Below, piece after piece: positions 7,678 through 20,200 of a stretch of DNA of 57,309 nucleotides (positions are counted from its first letter, which is position 1; each line of letters begins with the position of its first letter). This stretch comes from a virus (lineage: Duplodnaviria > Caudoviricetes). Made by a program: the position numbers and the translations under genes. The notes under the pieces are model-generated. The model was not told the origin of the DNA. It saw nothing but the letters and a program-made list of their open reading frames with translations, and ran no database searches. Location of the stretch: positions 1 to 57,309 of the IMG/VR virus record IMGVR_UViG_3300033183_000118; one strand, 5' to 3'.

Positions 7678-10078
7678 TCCAGTAACAGCCCTCGTTATAG
7701 TCGGTGGTGGCGTTGCGATTAGTGAAAGCGAGAAGAACCGCAAAGCAAAGAAGGAAGCGGCAGCGAAGGAAGCTGCCCGCCTTAAACGTCTGTCAGACGC
7801 GGTCGACGCTCGCGAAGCTGAGTATCAAACCCAAGCTGACACATATAATGCCGCCGTCGATAGTTATAACACAAGTTTTAACAACGCGATTTCTGGCCTC
7901 ACTGGTCTTAGCAACAACATTGGCGGACTTACAGTCGCCGATCTGTACGACGACCCGACCACATCGGCGAACGAAAACCAGTACGACAACTACCTGACGT
8001 CTCTGAACAACATGGAAACGGCACTGAACAATCTGAGCTTTAATGCAGACCGCCCGACATTCAGCAGCGTACTGACGACAGATGACGGTACAGCAACAGT
8101 TGACGACATCCCGACCCTTGGCACGGCGATGACAGGCAATGTTCCTGATTATCTGGATACAATCGACAACTTGCGCACATCACTAAAAGGTCTGAGCCGT
8201 GATCGTCGCAAAGAAGAAAACAGAATTAGCGACTTCCAGTCCGACCTAAACTACGACCTTGGTCAGATTAACCGCGACGTAGGTCGCTTAGACATCTCAC
8301 AAACAGATCGTCTTGGTGGATATGAGGATCAGCTTGCAGACCTAGAACGCAGCTACAATTCATTCTCGTCAGACATCCTTGGCCAAGTCGGCGGCCTGTC
8401 ATACGATGACAGCGGCATTGAGACTGCCATCCAAGGTTTGCGCGATGCGAGGGATGCCGAACAAAAGCGTATTGACGACTTTGGCACAAACCTCGGAAAT
8501 TTTGCGGACACATATTCAGACAACCTGTCTGGCTACAACATCACCAACCTTGATGAGCTAAACAATCTGCAAGGATTGATCGACACCCAGCAAGACGCAG
8601 CGAGCGACTTCGACAGTTTGCTAGACTTCGACTTCAGCAACCAGTTGAATGCCCTGGGGCAGACGGAACGTGGCGTAAGCAATTTGCTAGACGACCGCGA
8701 AGCAGAACTCGACCGTATTTCAGCAGCGGAACTGGAAGCCCAGCGTCGCGCAACTGGCTTGAGCCGCTTCGCAGACAGTCTTGGCATCGCCGACATCGAC
8801 ATGATGAACGAGCTTGGCTACGACATCGACGACTACAATACAGACATCGGCAACTTCGAAAGTCTTCTGGACTTCGATTTCTCTGGCGCAAACGAAACTG
8901 CAACAAACGCAGCTAATGCTCTTGCCCAGCTTCGCGCTGACCGCCAGACAGAGCTAGATCGTATCGACCAGTTCGGTACTGATCTGGGCGGCTTCGCATC
9001 TCAGTATGCAACAGACCTTGGCGGCTACAACATTGCCAACATCGACGAGATGGACGCGCTGCAAGAACTGATCGACCAACGTCAGAAAGAAGCTCGCCGC
9101 TTTAGCTCCGAGCTAGACTTCGACTTTGGCACTCAGCTTGATGATCTGAGCAACGTCGAGAGCGACCTTGGTGATCTATACCTAGAACGTCAGCTTGAGC
9201 AGGGTCGCATCGAAGACGCAGAGCGCGATTACTTACGCACGGCACAATCGCTTGATCGCCTTGCAGACAGCACAGGCATCTACAGCAAGGCTGGCATCGA
9301 CGCTCTACAAGAAGACCTCGACAACTTGAACGCCGACATCACTGGCTTCGAGAGCCTTCTGGACTTTGACTTCAGCGGCACAGACGAGTTCCGTAACCAA
9401 GCTGGCCTAGACATTGCTGACCTGTACTCACAGCGCAGCGAAGCCCTAGACGCTATCAACAACCCAATCACAGGCATCTCTGAAGGTGCAGCGGGTCTCG
9501 AACTGTACGACGAGACAGGAATGCGCGATGCACGCGGCGAACTATCAGATTTGAACCGCGACCTATCCCGCTTCTCAGGTGGCCGCGTAGAAGAAATCCA
9601 AGGCAACATAAACACAGCCATCGGCGACATCGACACGCGCTTGGAGGAACTCGACACTTATCGCAACGAGCTAGAGACCAAAGCACAGGGTCTACTCGAA
9701 CAGGTCAACAACGCCACATACTATGGCCTTGGCGATTTGGAGGGCGACCTCGGAAGCCTAGACGCACAGCAAGCAGAGATCGAGCTTTACAACGCACAGG
9801 TTGCGATGGACGAGTTGGATCAGTTGCAAGAACGTCTGTACGGCGAGCGCAACCGCCTAGAGCAAGACGCTCAGAACGTGGCAGCACGTCGGAGTAGCGC
9901 ACAAGAAGCTCTTCTGGGCGCGCTGAACGCATTCGGTCTACCGCAGTTCGACAGTCTGTCGCAAATTGATCCAATGACCATGGAGCAGTTCATGGCGATG
10001 ATCCAAAACCAAGAAGAAGAAGAAGAATTTACGTCCAACCCGAACGCATTTAGCAACAATGTAATTCGTGTTGGGTAA
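7670..10078 (+). CDS. Acidic repeat-containing virion/ejection protein (putative)
   Basis: 802 aa; MPDPVTALVIVGGG N-terminus typical of ejection proteins; 82-aa repeats. Confidence 0.65.
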   Translation: MPDPVTALVIVGGGVAISESEKNRKAKKEAAAKEAARLKRLSDAVDAREAEYQTQADTYNAAVDSYNTSFNNAISGLTGLSNNIGGLTVADLYDDPTTSANENQYDNYLTSLNNMETALNNLSFNADRPTFSSVLTTDDGTATVDDIPTLGTAMTGNVPDYLDTIDNLRTSLKGLSRDRRKEENRISDFQSDLNYDLGQINRDVGRLDISQTDRLGGYEDQLADLERSYNSFSSDILGQVGGLSYDDSGIETAIQGLRDARDAEQKRIDDFGTNLGNFADTYSDNLSGYNITNLDELNNLQGLIDTQQDAASDFDSLLDFDFSNQLNALGQTERGVSNLLDDREAELDRISAAELEAQRRATGLSRFADSLGIADIDMMNELGYDIDDYNTDIGNFESLLDFDFSGANETATNAANALAQLRADRQTELDRIDQFGTDLGGFASQYATDLGGYNIANIDEMDALQELIDQRQKEARRFSSELDFDFGTQLDDLSNVESDLGDLYLERQLEQGRIEDAERDYLRTAQSLDRLADSTGIYSKAGIDALQEDLDNLNADITGFESLLDFDFSGTDEFRNQAGLDIADLYSQRSEALDAINNPITGISEGAAGLELYDETGMRDARGELSDLNRDLSRFSGGRVEEIQGNINTAIGDIDTRLEELDTYRNELETKAQGLLEQVNNATYYGLGDLEGDLGSLDAQQAEIELYNAQVAMDELDQLQERLYGERNRLEQDAQNVAARRSSAQEALLGALNAFGLPQFDSLSQIDPMTMEQFMAMIQNQEEEEEFTSNPNAFSNNVIRVG

Positions 10079-10091
10079 AAGGAGTAGGTAG

Positions 10092-11888
10092 ATGTCATTT
10101 TCCACAATGCTCCAACTGGGGATGGGAATACTCGGCACGCGCCAAGCGGGCCAAGAGTATCGTGACGGCATACGCGCTCGCTACGAAGCTCTGGCAATGC
10201 AGCGCGATCAGTACAATCAGAACTACGGCAGCTACCTAGACGCCCTTCGAGCGCAACAGGAAGAAAACGAGTACATCCGCCAGCGCGAAATGCTGGACCG
10301 TATGACACGCGGTTCGGAACGTGACTTTGCAGAAAGCCAACTGTTCTCTTATCTCGACCAGCTAGACGCCGAACGTCAGTATGGCATGGACAGGCAGCAG
10401 ATGCTTGATAGAGACGCTGCCCGCCAAAGAGCGTTCCAGCTTCAGCAGCTTCTTCAGAACCAGAACCTTCGCGCCGATGAACGGCGTTTTGCTTTAGAGC
10501 AGCTACGCATTGCTCAAGACATTGCAGCGGGCGAGCGCGACTTTACAATGGGCATCTACCAAGACGAGGCAGATCGTCTGGCAGAACGCCAAGCATTGAT
10601 GGATGAAGAAGCGCGAGAGATGCAGCTATATCGCTTGCGCGAAGCTGCACGAAACAGAGACTTAGTGGCAAGCGAACGAGAGTTCGCTAAAATGCTTTTA
10701 GGGCAAGCCCAAGACGTAGCAGGCACAGAGCGTGACGAGCAGATGGCTCGCTTCCTCGAAGACCGCGAGACCCGTGCAGACGAACGTCAGTTCGTCGTGG
10801 ATCAATACGAAGATTACTTGCGCCAAGCACAAGCAGAGCGCGACGCTGAGATGGGCATCCGCGAGCAAATACTTGCTGGCGCAGATGACCTACAAAGTCG
10901 TTTAGAAGCCACAGCATCTCAGCTTGGCTACGTCCCAGAGATCGAACAGATCACACCTGAGATGATCGAAGCTGAAGTTGCACGCCGTACTGGCGAGTAT
11001 CAGGCAGATGTTGATCGCGCAGCGGAAGCTGTTGCATCCGTCAACGAGGCAGACCTGATCCGCGCTGGCCTCGACGCATCAACTGGTGGCACCCAGCGCC
11101 GTGGCGAAATCGCTGCGCGTTTGGCACAGGAATATCAGAACGCACGCACACGCGCATACGACGATGCAATGGGCTACATTTCTGGCCGCAGCAACGCGAT
11201 GGCAACAAACGTCGGCAACATTATGGATCGCCGTGCAGCTATCCTTGGAGAGACTGCAAACATCGGTGGCGCAGAGCTTGGCATCCTACAGAACCTTCGT
11301 CAGCTACCAAGCGCAACTGGCGCGTATCAGATGGCAGCAAACATTGGCTCTGGCATCCTAGACCGCAACATCGTAAGCGCGAACAACTACAGCGCACCAA
11401 TCGCAGTTACATCTGGCTTATACGACGCATCGAACGCGATGACGTCTGGCATGTCAAACTACGACTACAACCTGATGAACCTGATGTCGGGAATAAAAAG
11501 CGGCAATAACTATAGCTCACCAGTCGCGATTGGCTCCGCTATCTACGACGGAAATATCGGTGGCAACTACGCAAGCACGCTATCTCCATCATCATCGGCC
11601 TCAACGGCTGGCCTAAATCTTGGCTCATCAGTTCTGGCTCCATATAACCAGACGTTCCAGAACCCGATGACGTATCTGGGCAACGCTAATTCTTACAACA
11701 ACAGCATAATTAGCGGTCTGGTGGGGCAATACAACCAAGGTTATAGCCGTCTAACAGATGCAAGTTCACACTTCGGTGATCTACTAGACGCGAACGCGGG
11801 TGATCTGGACCCGAATAACGTGCTTTACAATAAATTTAGCAACTGGGCGACTTCGAAATTACCTAGTTGGATGGGAGGCGGCGGATAA
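10092..11888 (+). CDS. Internal virion (ejection) protein (putative)
   Basis: 598 aa; coiled-coil N-half, N/S/G-rich C-half; AAGGAG RBS. Confidence 0.65.
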   Translation: MSFSTMLQLGMGILGTRQAGQEYRDGIRARYEALAMQRDQYNQNYGSYLDALRAQQEENEYIRQREMLDRMTRGSERDFAESQLFSYLDQLDAERQYGMDRQQMLDRDAARQRAFQLQQLLQNQNLRADERRFALEQLRIAQDIAAGERDFTMGIYQDEADRLAERQALMDEEAREMQLYRLREAARNRDLVASEREFAKMLLGQAQDVAGTERDEQMARFLEDRETRADERQFVVDQYEDYLRQAQAERDAEMGIREQILAGADDLQSRLEATASQLGYVPEIEQITPEMIEAEVARRTGEYQADVDRAAEAVASVNEADLIRAGLDASTGGTQRRGEIAARLAQEYQNARTRAYDDAMGYISGRSNAMATNVGNIMDRRAAILGETANIGGAELGILQNLRQLPSATGAYQMAANIGSGILDRNIVSANNYSAPIAVTSGLYDASNAMTSGMSNYDYNLMNLMSGIKSGNNYSSPVAIGSAIYDGNIGGNYASTLSPSSSASTAGLNLGSSVLAPYNQTFQNPMTYLGNANSYNNSIISGLVGQYNQGYSRLTDASSHFGDLLDANAGDLDPNNVLYNKFSNWATSKLPSWMGGGG

Positions 11889-14131
11889 TGTTTTTTGACT
11901 ACGCATCACGAGGAGCGCAACAAGGTCGAGAAAAGCGGAACCGTCAACGCCGCGAACTAGCTCAAGCGTTCCAGCAGTTCCAAGCCGCAAACCCTGAAGC
12001 TACGATGATGGACTTCCAGTCTTTCATCGACAGCATGGCAGGCAATGGTCTTGGGTCAAACTACATACGAGGCGGCGCACCATCTCGCGACGTCTTGCAA
12101 AGTCTTGCAGAACAAGGCGCAGCCCGTAAACAGCAGCGTCTGTTGGAACAGACATCCGCGAACTTCCGTCGTCGCGCTGAAGACCTATCTACCCTCGAAG
12201 CCATGGCAGACCGTGCTGTCCTGAACATGAACGGTGATGACTTCGACAGTGCCTACGACACATTCGTCCAATCACTTGGTCCCAACGGTCAACAGATTGT
12301 GAACGGCATGAACCTGCGCAATCGCTTCACCATCCAAAACCGCGACACTCTAATGGGCCGTCGCTTGATGGAGAGCATGCCACAGATCGACAACTACCTG
12401 AACATGTATGGCTACAACACAGAAGCCCTCGATCCAGATCAGATGTCTCGTTACTTTGGACTGCCTGCAAATCAGATGCAGCCGTTCATCGAGGCAGCTA
12501 ACCGCAAAATCCAGATGAGCATGCAGGAATGGCGTCAGACCAACAACTCTAACCTGATGCAAGTTGCACGCGACGCAGCAACAACTCTTGGCCCTGAAGG
12601 CGTAGAGCCTGCGCTGCGCAACTATCTACAAAACTCACTATTTGGCGAGCAGATGCTAGAAGGCTTTGACTTCGCACCATACGTCGCAGAGGCCGAGCGC
12701 CTCGTGGCAGAACGCGAAGAACAGAACCAAATCGAAAGCCAAGGTCGTGTGAACCGCATGATTGACGCATGGGAAAGCAACGCGCGTCTGCAACGCTTCC
12801 TACGAGATGGCGACAACGACAGCGCGTTACAACAGATGTATGACATCGCTGCACGCAACCTATCGGACGAAGACTTCCAACGCCTATACGGCAAGACGAA
12901 AGAAGAGATTGCAAGCAACCCAGCTTTGGCATTCCAGTCAGACCTCGACCGTTACGTCGGTTCCGAGCGCGACGCACAGGAAGAAAACTATGCAACTCGC
13001 TCACAAGAGTTGGATGCAACACTGGCAGAAGTTTCTCGTACATACGTCACAAACAACCAAGCTCGCCTTACAGAAGTTCTTGGCAACTACTTCTCAGAGC
13101 AAGTTGCTGGCACATTGGGTATGCAGCTTGGTCAGCGTTATGCTTACTCACCTGAACTGGCGAACGCAGTCTTCGAGATCAACTCGAACATGGACGAGGA
13201 CACTCGCAAAGCGGCGCAGGACAACCCAGCCGTTGCAGTTTCTTACATCTTGGAGCAACTACAATCTCGTGGCTTCACGCCGAACATCGAGCAAACACGC
13301 GATCAGTTCATCGAGCAGCAGCGTGAGCAGAATGGTTTGTATCAACCACAAACATTCGATGACTGGTTCAACAGTGAGACTGACAGCATAACAACTGCGA
13401 TGAATGGCTATCGCGAACGCTTCAACCAAATGCTCGAAGCATATGGCGACAACCCAAGCGTCTTGGCCTCAGAGCTTATGAAGCTCAAGACCGTCGTCGA
13501 CAGCGTCCCTGCATTGGTTGAGCAAGAGATGGCTGCACGCGCTCGCTCTGAACGCACATGGCTTTACTACAACTCTGGTGGTTGGGATCAGGCTCGCGTT
13601 CAGCAAGGTATCATTGACCCTGCAAACAATGGCGCAGCAGAGCTATCTCGCGTCATCGAGCAAGCGATCACACAAGCCAACGAACGTGCGAATGAAACGC
13701 CTGAACCTGTACCATCCAACCAGACTGTTGATGCACCGTCTGAAGACCAGTCTTCAATCAGCAGATCAGTCAGCGAAGGTGTGGAAGAAGTCTACGGCGT
13801 GGGTAACGAAATCCGCAGCAGCGTAAACATGCGACCTGCGGGTGCAGTTGGCTGGATTTCAAGCCCGCTCTACAGAGGTCTTCGCTGGATTGCCGAAGAA
13901 GGCATAATGAACGAAGCAGATGCGCAAGGCGTACAAGACCGCCGTGCATGGGTAGAACCACGCTTCGACAGGCTGCAAGAATATGGCCGCCATTTGAAGA
14001 ATATGAACCCGCAGCTATACGCTCAGATGCTGGTTGACTTCCAGAACATGACATCCGAACAGCTATCGCAGAAATATGATCCAGTTCTGGATGCACTAGC
14101 GAACGACAGACAGATCAGACTTCCTCAGTAA
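11888..14131 (+). CDS. Internal virion (ejection) protein (putative)
   Basis: Start taken at ATG 11888 (TAATG coupling, GGAGG RBS); helical Q/E/R-rich. Confidence 0.65.
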   Translation: MFFDYASRGAQQGREKRNRQRRELAQAFQQFQAANPEATMMDFQSFIDSMAGNGLGSNYIRGGAPSRDVLQSLAEQGAARKQQRLLEQTSANFRRRAEDLSTLEAMADRAVLNMNGDDFDSAYDTFVQSLGPNGQQIVNGMNLRNRFTIQNRDTLMGRRLMESMPQIDNYLNMYGYNTEALDPDQMSRYFGLPANQMQPFIEAANRKIQMSMQEWRQTNNSNLMQVARDAATTLGPEGVEPALRNYLQNSLFGEQMLEGFDFAPYVAEAERLVAEREEQNQIESQGRVNRMIDAWESNARLQRFLRDGDNDSALQQMYDIAARNLSDEDFQRLYGKTKEEIASNPALAFQSDLDRYVGSERDAQEENYATRSQELDATLAEVSRTYVTNNQARLTEVLGNYFSEQVAGTLGMQLGQRYAYSPELANAVFEINSNMDEDTRKAAQDNPAVAVSYILEQLQSRGFTPNIEQTRDQFIEQQREQNGLYQPQTFDDWFNSETDSITTAMNGYRERFNQMLEAYGDNPSVLASELMKLKTVVDSVPALVEQEMAARARSERTWLYYNSGGWDQARVQQGIIDPANNGAAELSRVIEQAITQANERANETPEPVPSNQTVDAPSEDQSSISRSVSEGVEEVYGVGNEIRSSVNMRPAGAVGWISSPLYRGLRWIAEEGIMNEADAQGVQDRRAWVEPRFDRLQEYGRHLKNMNPQLYAQMLVDFQNMTSEQLSQKYDPVLDALANDRQIRLPQ

Positions 14132-14163
14132 GGACGACACCTACAGGCGTCTCCAGTTATCAT
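14132..14163 (+). promoter_or_regulatory. Putative late promoter GGACGA-N20-TATCAT
   Basis: Motif directly after a stop codon, upstream of the giant gene. Confidence 0.75.
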
Positions 14164-14201
14164 CGGCTTGATTGCTCACGGATAACTGGAGAACCGCCGC
14201 A

Positions 14202-17200
14202 ATGTCGAAGTATTTGCCTGAAGCGCCCGCGCTTATCGACCCAAACACTGTCACACAGACGCAAAATGTGGACTATTTGTCCAACACTGGAGGCGCAGAC
14301 CTGCTTCGCAGCCCTGCTTTCCTCAACGATCTACGCCAACACTACGAAAGCAAAGGCGTCCGCTTCCTAACCGAAGAGGAATTGATCGACCGTTTCTACT
14401 CAGACAACACTTGGGACGACCTTAACACAGTCGGCGCGATTAGTTCGGCAGCAGAAGCAGCGACAGCAGGTTCCGAAGAGAAGCAGCGTCTCAATCGCTT
14501 GCAACAAGCGTGGCGTTCACTGCCAAACTTTTGGCAAGAAGGCGGTCGTGGATTTATGGCGGCAGCTTCAGACGCCGCAGGCGCGATCATCGCAGACCCA
14601 ATCAACCTTATTCCAGTGGTCAACGCATATGGGAAGGCCACAACAGCAGCCCGTGCAGCATCAGCAGCGGGTCGCAGCGCAATGCGTGCTGGCGTCACAG
14701 CGGGCGCACGCTCTGGTGCGCTATCTGAAGCAGCAATCTCTGGCGGCCAAGAAGCAATCGTAAACGCGGCAAACCAAGTCCGCGACGTCCAGCTTGGCCT
14801 GCGCGACAACTTCAGCACAGGCGAACTAGCTGGCGCAACAGCAATCGGTGCTGGTCTTGGCGGTACAGTTGGTGGCGCAATCGGTGCGGGTGCAGGTGCA
14901 TTGGCCTCCCGTACTGGCGCACAACAAGCACAGAGCCTTGGACGTCTTGGCTACAGCCCAGAAGAAATTGGTGGCATGTCAAATCAGGAAGCGCAGCGTC
15001 GCATCCCTGCGGAAATGCCAGACTTCCAGATGCCAGCACCACGTCAGGCAGACGAAGCGGCAGAGGAGACACCCGAACTAACACCCGAACAGCAGCGTGA
15101 TGCCAAATGGCAGGAACAGACTGCCCGTGCAACAGCAGTCCGCGATGCACTTCGTGATCGCGTCGATGAGTTGCGTGCAGACGGGGCAGACCCAGAAGTT
15201 ATTGAGGCAATGCAGCAGCGACTAGAAGCTGCAACACGACTAATTCCGATGACCCAGCGCCTTGCAAAGGAGGAAGCTGACATCATCAATTTCGGCGGAA
15301 CAAACGACAGCCAGCAACGAGCGCGGCATTCACGTCGAACAAAAGAATACGAGCGCGACTTCTCCGAATGGCGCGAACTCGTCAGCACAGTCGAGGACGC
15401 CTCAGACGTAGATGCAGTGAACGCACGCATCGACGAGATACAGGCGCGTATCGAAGCTGATAGAGCGCAAGAAGCAGAAGCCGCAGCGGAAACTCCACCA
15501 GAAGCAGCGGCTGACGAGGCGGTTGCGACAGGTGGGGAAGATGCTCCATCCCCTGATGGCCCTGATGCAGCCGCCTCACCTATTGAGACGTCTCCAACGA
15601 CCGAGCCATTGGATGGCGCAGAGCCAGAAGCGGAAGGCTTCCCTGAATTTAAGTATCGCTCAGACGCCCAGCGCGACAGCGTTCGCAACTTGCTCGAACA
15701 GGCAGGTATGAATGAGTACGACCTGTCTGTCATGGTAGCAAACGGCGAGATCAAAGTCGGCAAGCGTGGCAACCTACTGACCCAACAGAGCGTCAAAGAC
15801 CTGCGCGTCAAACTCAAGCCTATCATCGAGGAGATGGCGGCACGAAAAACGGACGACGAGCTACCATCAGCGGCTGGCCCTGACCCTGTTGCGGTTGAAA
15901 CTCCAGCCCCAAGACAGGAAGTATCTACCGATCCACTGCGTGGCCAAGCTCTATTCGCTGGCATTGACCCGAACAGCATCACGCCGCCCAAGCGCAGCAA
16001 GACTGGTAAGGTCACAAAGGCACAAGTCAACAAGGCGATTGCGGCTCGCGCACCAGACGCAGAGCCTGACGCATATGCAGCACAGGTTCGCCAAGAGCTA
16101 GACGATGCACTTGATCTTATCGGTGCGGAAGAAGACATCGACGCATTGCGCCAAGCCGTCGCAATGCTGGCTCGATCATCAAAATCAGAAGACGCAGACA
16201 TTCTGGCTCTGTTCGATCACCTAATAGATGCCATGCCAGACGATGGCCCAGAGGTATCTCTTGGCTCTATAGACTTCACGAAGACGGAACTCAAGAAGAT
16301 TGAGCGTCGTGCGAAAGAACTGCGTCGTCAACAGCCTGGGATGGGTGCCGATCTTGCGACAGAAATCGCGACAGGCGAGATCAAAGCGCAACGCGGCGCA
16401 GATACTCAATCCGTCCGTGGCACTGGCGAAAGCATCGAAGACGCCAAGAAGTTCACGACTGCTGGTCGCAACGTGGCTGGCCGTATCCAAGGCTTCCTAC
16501 GTCGTGGCACACCCATTGGCAAAGGCAGCGACTACACAACAACCCGCGACATGCGCGTGAAGCGCAACGAGTTTGGCTTCGAAGCAGCCCTGATCGAAGC
16601 ACGCAGCGGCAAAGGTCCAGACATCGTGGCCTACACGACGCTTGGCCCTGAAACGATTATGACCCGCACTGGCAAGGTGCAGGTTCCAAAAGGCACAGTT
16701 GCATATGCAGACGGCTACACCCGTCGTGCATATGACAGCATGGAACTGGCAATCGAAGCGCGTGGTGATGGCCGCAAAGACCGCTCGATGCCTAAAGTTA
16801 CGGACAAAGGTCCAGCGCAGAACAACATCAAGAAACTTCTCGACGAGTTCGGCGACGATCCCGAGGCATTCCGCCGTGCATTGCAGGCGGTTCGCGACGG
16901 AGCAACCACAGCCAAAGCACCTGCTATCGAAAAACTACCACTGGTTCGCGGCGCAAAGCTGGCAATCGCCAAGCACAAGACGCGCAAGGGCAAGAACGGC
17001 GGTCCACTTATCCGCATGGTCGACCCCAAGCAGGCGGACGCTGGCAAGAATATCTCTGCGGTTCTAGGCAAAGACCTAGACGGTTGGGAAGTAAAGTATG
17101 CAGATCGCAGTCGTTTCACCAATAACCCGAAGAAGCTGCGCGACCTGTGGGAAGCAACATCTGACGATGCCCGCGCAGAAATGGAAGGCATCCCACCAGA

Positions 17201-20200
17201 TGCAGCACTAAACGAAGCGGGCTACGAAACAAGTCTTGGCCGCCCGATGAACCAAGTCGAGGCGCATTATATCGAGATCACAGCCGATACGACGCTGACG
17301 GAGAAAGAGACAGCGGCGATCCTGTACGCAGCGAAGAAAGCAGACCACGTCAAGAAGATCGACGAGGTCACTGTCGCAGATGTTCTTTACTATGAGATGG
17401 CTCTGAACAGCACACGCTGGCAGAAAAACATCAACGAACACCGCGCAATCGGCGAAGCTATCAAGTCACTCAACGACGTTCTAAGTCGCGTCGCACCTGA
17501 CGGCATCAAGTTGCCCAACGAAAAACGTGTCGACGCGATGCGCAAGTTGGACGCAATCTTCGCAGGTGTTGGCTCTGACGAACTACAGCATGCGCGAGAG
17601 TTCATCATACGCATGGGTGGCGACAGAGCGGTCGCGCCTGAACTTCGCACCACCACTCCAAGACCTACGATGACGGGCGTATACGAGTTCGGCATCCCAT
17701 CAGCCGACAGTGGCGCAACTCGCGTTGCTGACTTGGGTGTATCACAGCGTGTTGGCGTCGTCCCCACCCCAACGAAGGTGTATGCGAACCCACGTTTGAT
17801 GACGTTCTACCATGAGATGGCGCACTGGGCGTACTTCAACATCCTGACCCACAAAGATCGCGCCGACTTCTGGAAGTCGATGGAGAAATACTACACCGAC
17901 GACGGCAAGCTGGACATTGATCTACTGGTCGCAAGTGTCCCGAAGGTCGACGAGAAAGGCGTGCCGCTCAACAACGCGCTTGAGGCACCAGCCGAACTGT
18001 TTGCTAACCAGTTCGAAGTCTTCATGGCCAACAAGATCAAGGGCTATGCAACTGCATCCGAGAGCTACTGGCGTCGCGTAACAAGATACATCCAAGCAGT
18101 GTTCGACCGCTACTTTGGTGGCGTGATGATCGACCCTGACCTAGAGCCGATGTTCGCAAAAATCCTCCCAGAAGAGGACAGCGGCGCATTCGCAATGGGT
18201 AAAGACGCAGTGGCCAAGACGGAAGCGGGCAAGACCTACAACCGTCGATACGCACAGATCAAGATGGACCGACAAGACCTGAAGGATGCCATCTTCGATG
18301 ACAGCCCTGAAGGCATTGTCAACGCATCTCGCACTATCGTCGAAACGCTACTCACACTGGCACCTCGCGTACACGTCGCAATGAAGCGCGGCACAACTGG
18401 CACTTTGATGCCACTGATCCCAATGCGCACCATGATCCGTCAGCGCATTGATGACATCAGTGAAATCCTGTCAGGCAAGCCATTCGACTTTGACGCATAC
18501 GACAAGGGCGAAATGCCACGCTGGATGATCGACGAAGGTTTGACTGCCGTCGATGACCCAACGGAAGCCGCAGACATGTTGCGTGACTTCTACTTCAATG
18601 GCTACAACGGCAAGTTCCAACCGTCCAACGGCATCCCTGCTGGCCCGAAAGGTCAGCCCATCAACAAGCAGTACACGTCTCTCGAAAAACTGTTCGACAT
18701 GATGGAGAACCGTCTGGAAGCGGCGTACAAAAAAGCAGAAAGCGGAGACCTACCGCCAGAAGCAACGCCGAAACTGGATACAGACGTCGAGCCGTCTGAA
18801 AGACCAAACCCAATTAAGCGGAAAGCTGCCAAGAAGAAGCAACGCATCGAGAAAGCAGCAGACGCAGCAGCGGCAGCCGTCACCAAGACGCCCGCAGCTA
18901 AACGCGCAAGACGCAACCCTAAGTCTGGCCGCGTCGTTGACCCAGCATTCGCAGAGAGCTTGAAGACAAAAGAGCCTAACGAACTGCGCTCGCTGTTCAT
19001 CGAACACAAAGGCACAGAGCGTGGCGATCAGGTCGCGTTCGAGCTTATGCACCGCGTCAAATCGCAACCAGCATCTTCCTATAAAGAAGTTCGCATCACA
19101 AAAGAAATCAAGGCGATGAAGTCTGATGAGCTTGAGGCGACATTCTTGAATGGCGTCGAAACTGGCGATGTGAACATGACAAACATGGCGATCACCGAGA
19201 TGATGCGTCGCCAAATCAACAAGCGTCGCAGAAAAGAAGGCTTGCAAATCATTCAGCCTCGCATCCTGAAGCGCGAAATCCTTCAGACAGAGATCGACGA
19301 CAACGTCGGTCTGGCATCGAGCGATGGTGTACCGCCCGCAGCGCGTGCATCTGTACGCGAATTGCTAGGTTACATCACGCACCGTGACCCAGAAATTCAG
19401 TACACCGCCCGCACCATGGCATATCGGATGCTGAACCTGATGGGTAAAACCTCGCGCAAGACGCTTGGCGAAGCCAATGTTATGACATCCGCAGACCTTG
19501 CACGTCTGGCCAACACTGACCCGAACACAGTGGGCAACGCTGCATTCGCAGACTTCCGCGCACCTGAGTTCCAAAAGCTACGCAGTGACCTACGCCGCAT
19601 GTCGATTGGCCTGAATAAAGGCAAGGCAAACCCATTTGACATCATGCACGAGATTGGCCATGTCATGGTTCGCTCTGGTGTTCTGGCGGACGACGAGATC
19701 GCAGCGATACGCGAAGCCTATACACTGGCAAATGACACCACCAAGAAGCGTATTCAGAACGCATACGCTGGCAAGTACGGCGGACGCACTGAAAACCTAG
19801 ACGATCTGCTTGCAGAAGAGTGGTTCTCAGAAGGTCTGGCCTACTACATGGCAGAGCGTGTCGCCAAGGGCGACATCCTAGAAGCTGCACTTGATGGCAA
19901 CATCGGCAACCTTCGCATGCGCAACTCATTCAGCCGTGCGATGGACAAGATGATCGAGTACATTGCCTACGTCTTAAACGGTATGGTTGGTCGTAACGAC
20001 ATCAAGCAGCAGTATCGTCGCTTGTTCTTGTTCGGTGACATGTTCCAGTCAGATGCAACTCCGCCACTGGCTACAACGATCCGCCGCAAGAAGGGCGTGC
20101 ATTCGTCATACGCAGCAGATGCTGTGGCTGACCACATTGCAACCAGCCCGTCTGCCCGTCTGGCGAAGATACGCAACTTCGTCGGTGAAGGTATGAGCTA

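Noticed and set aside
15044-16201. 385-aa minus-strand Ser/Ala-rich ORF
   Set aside because: Antisense shadow of the giant protein
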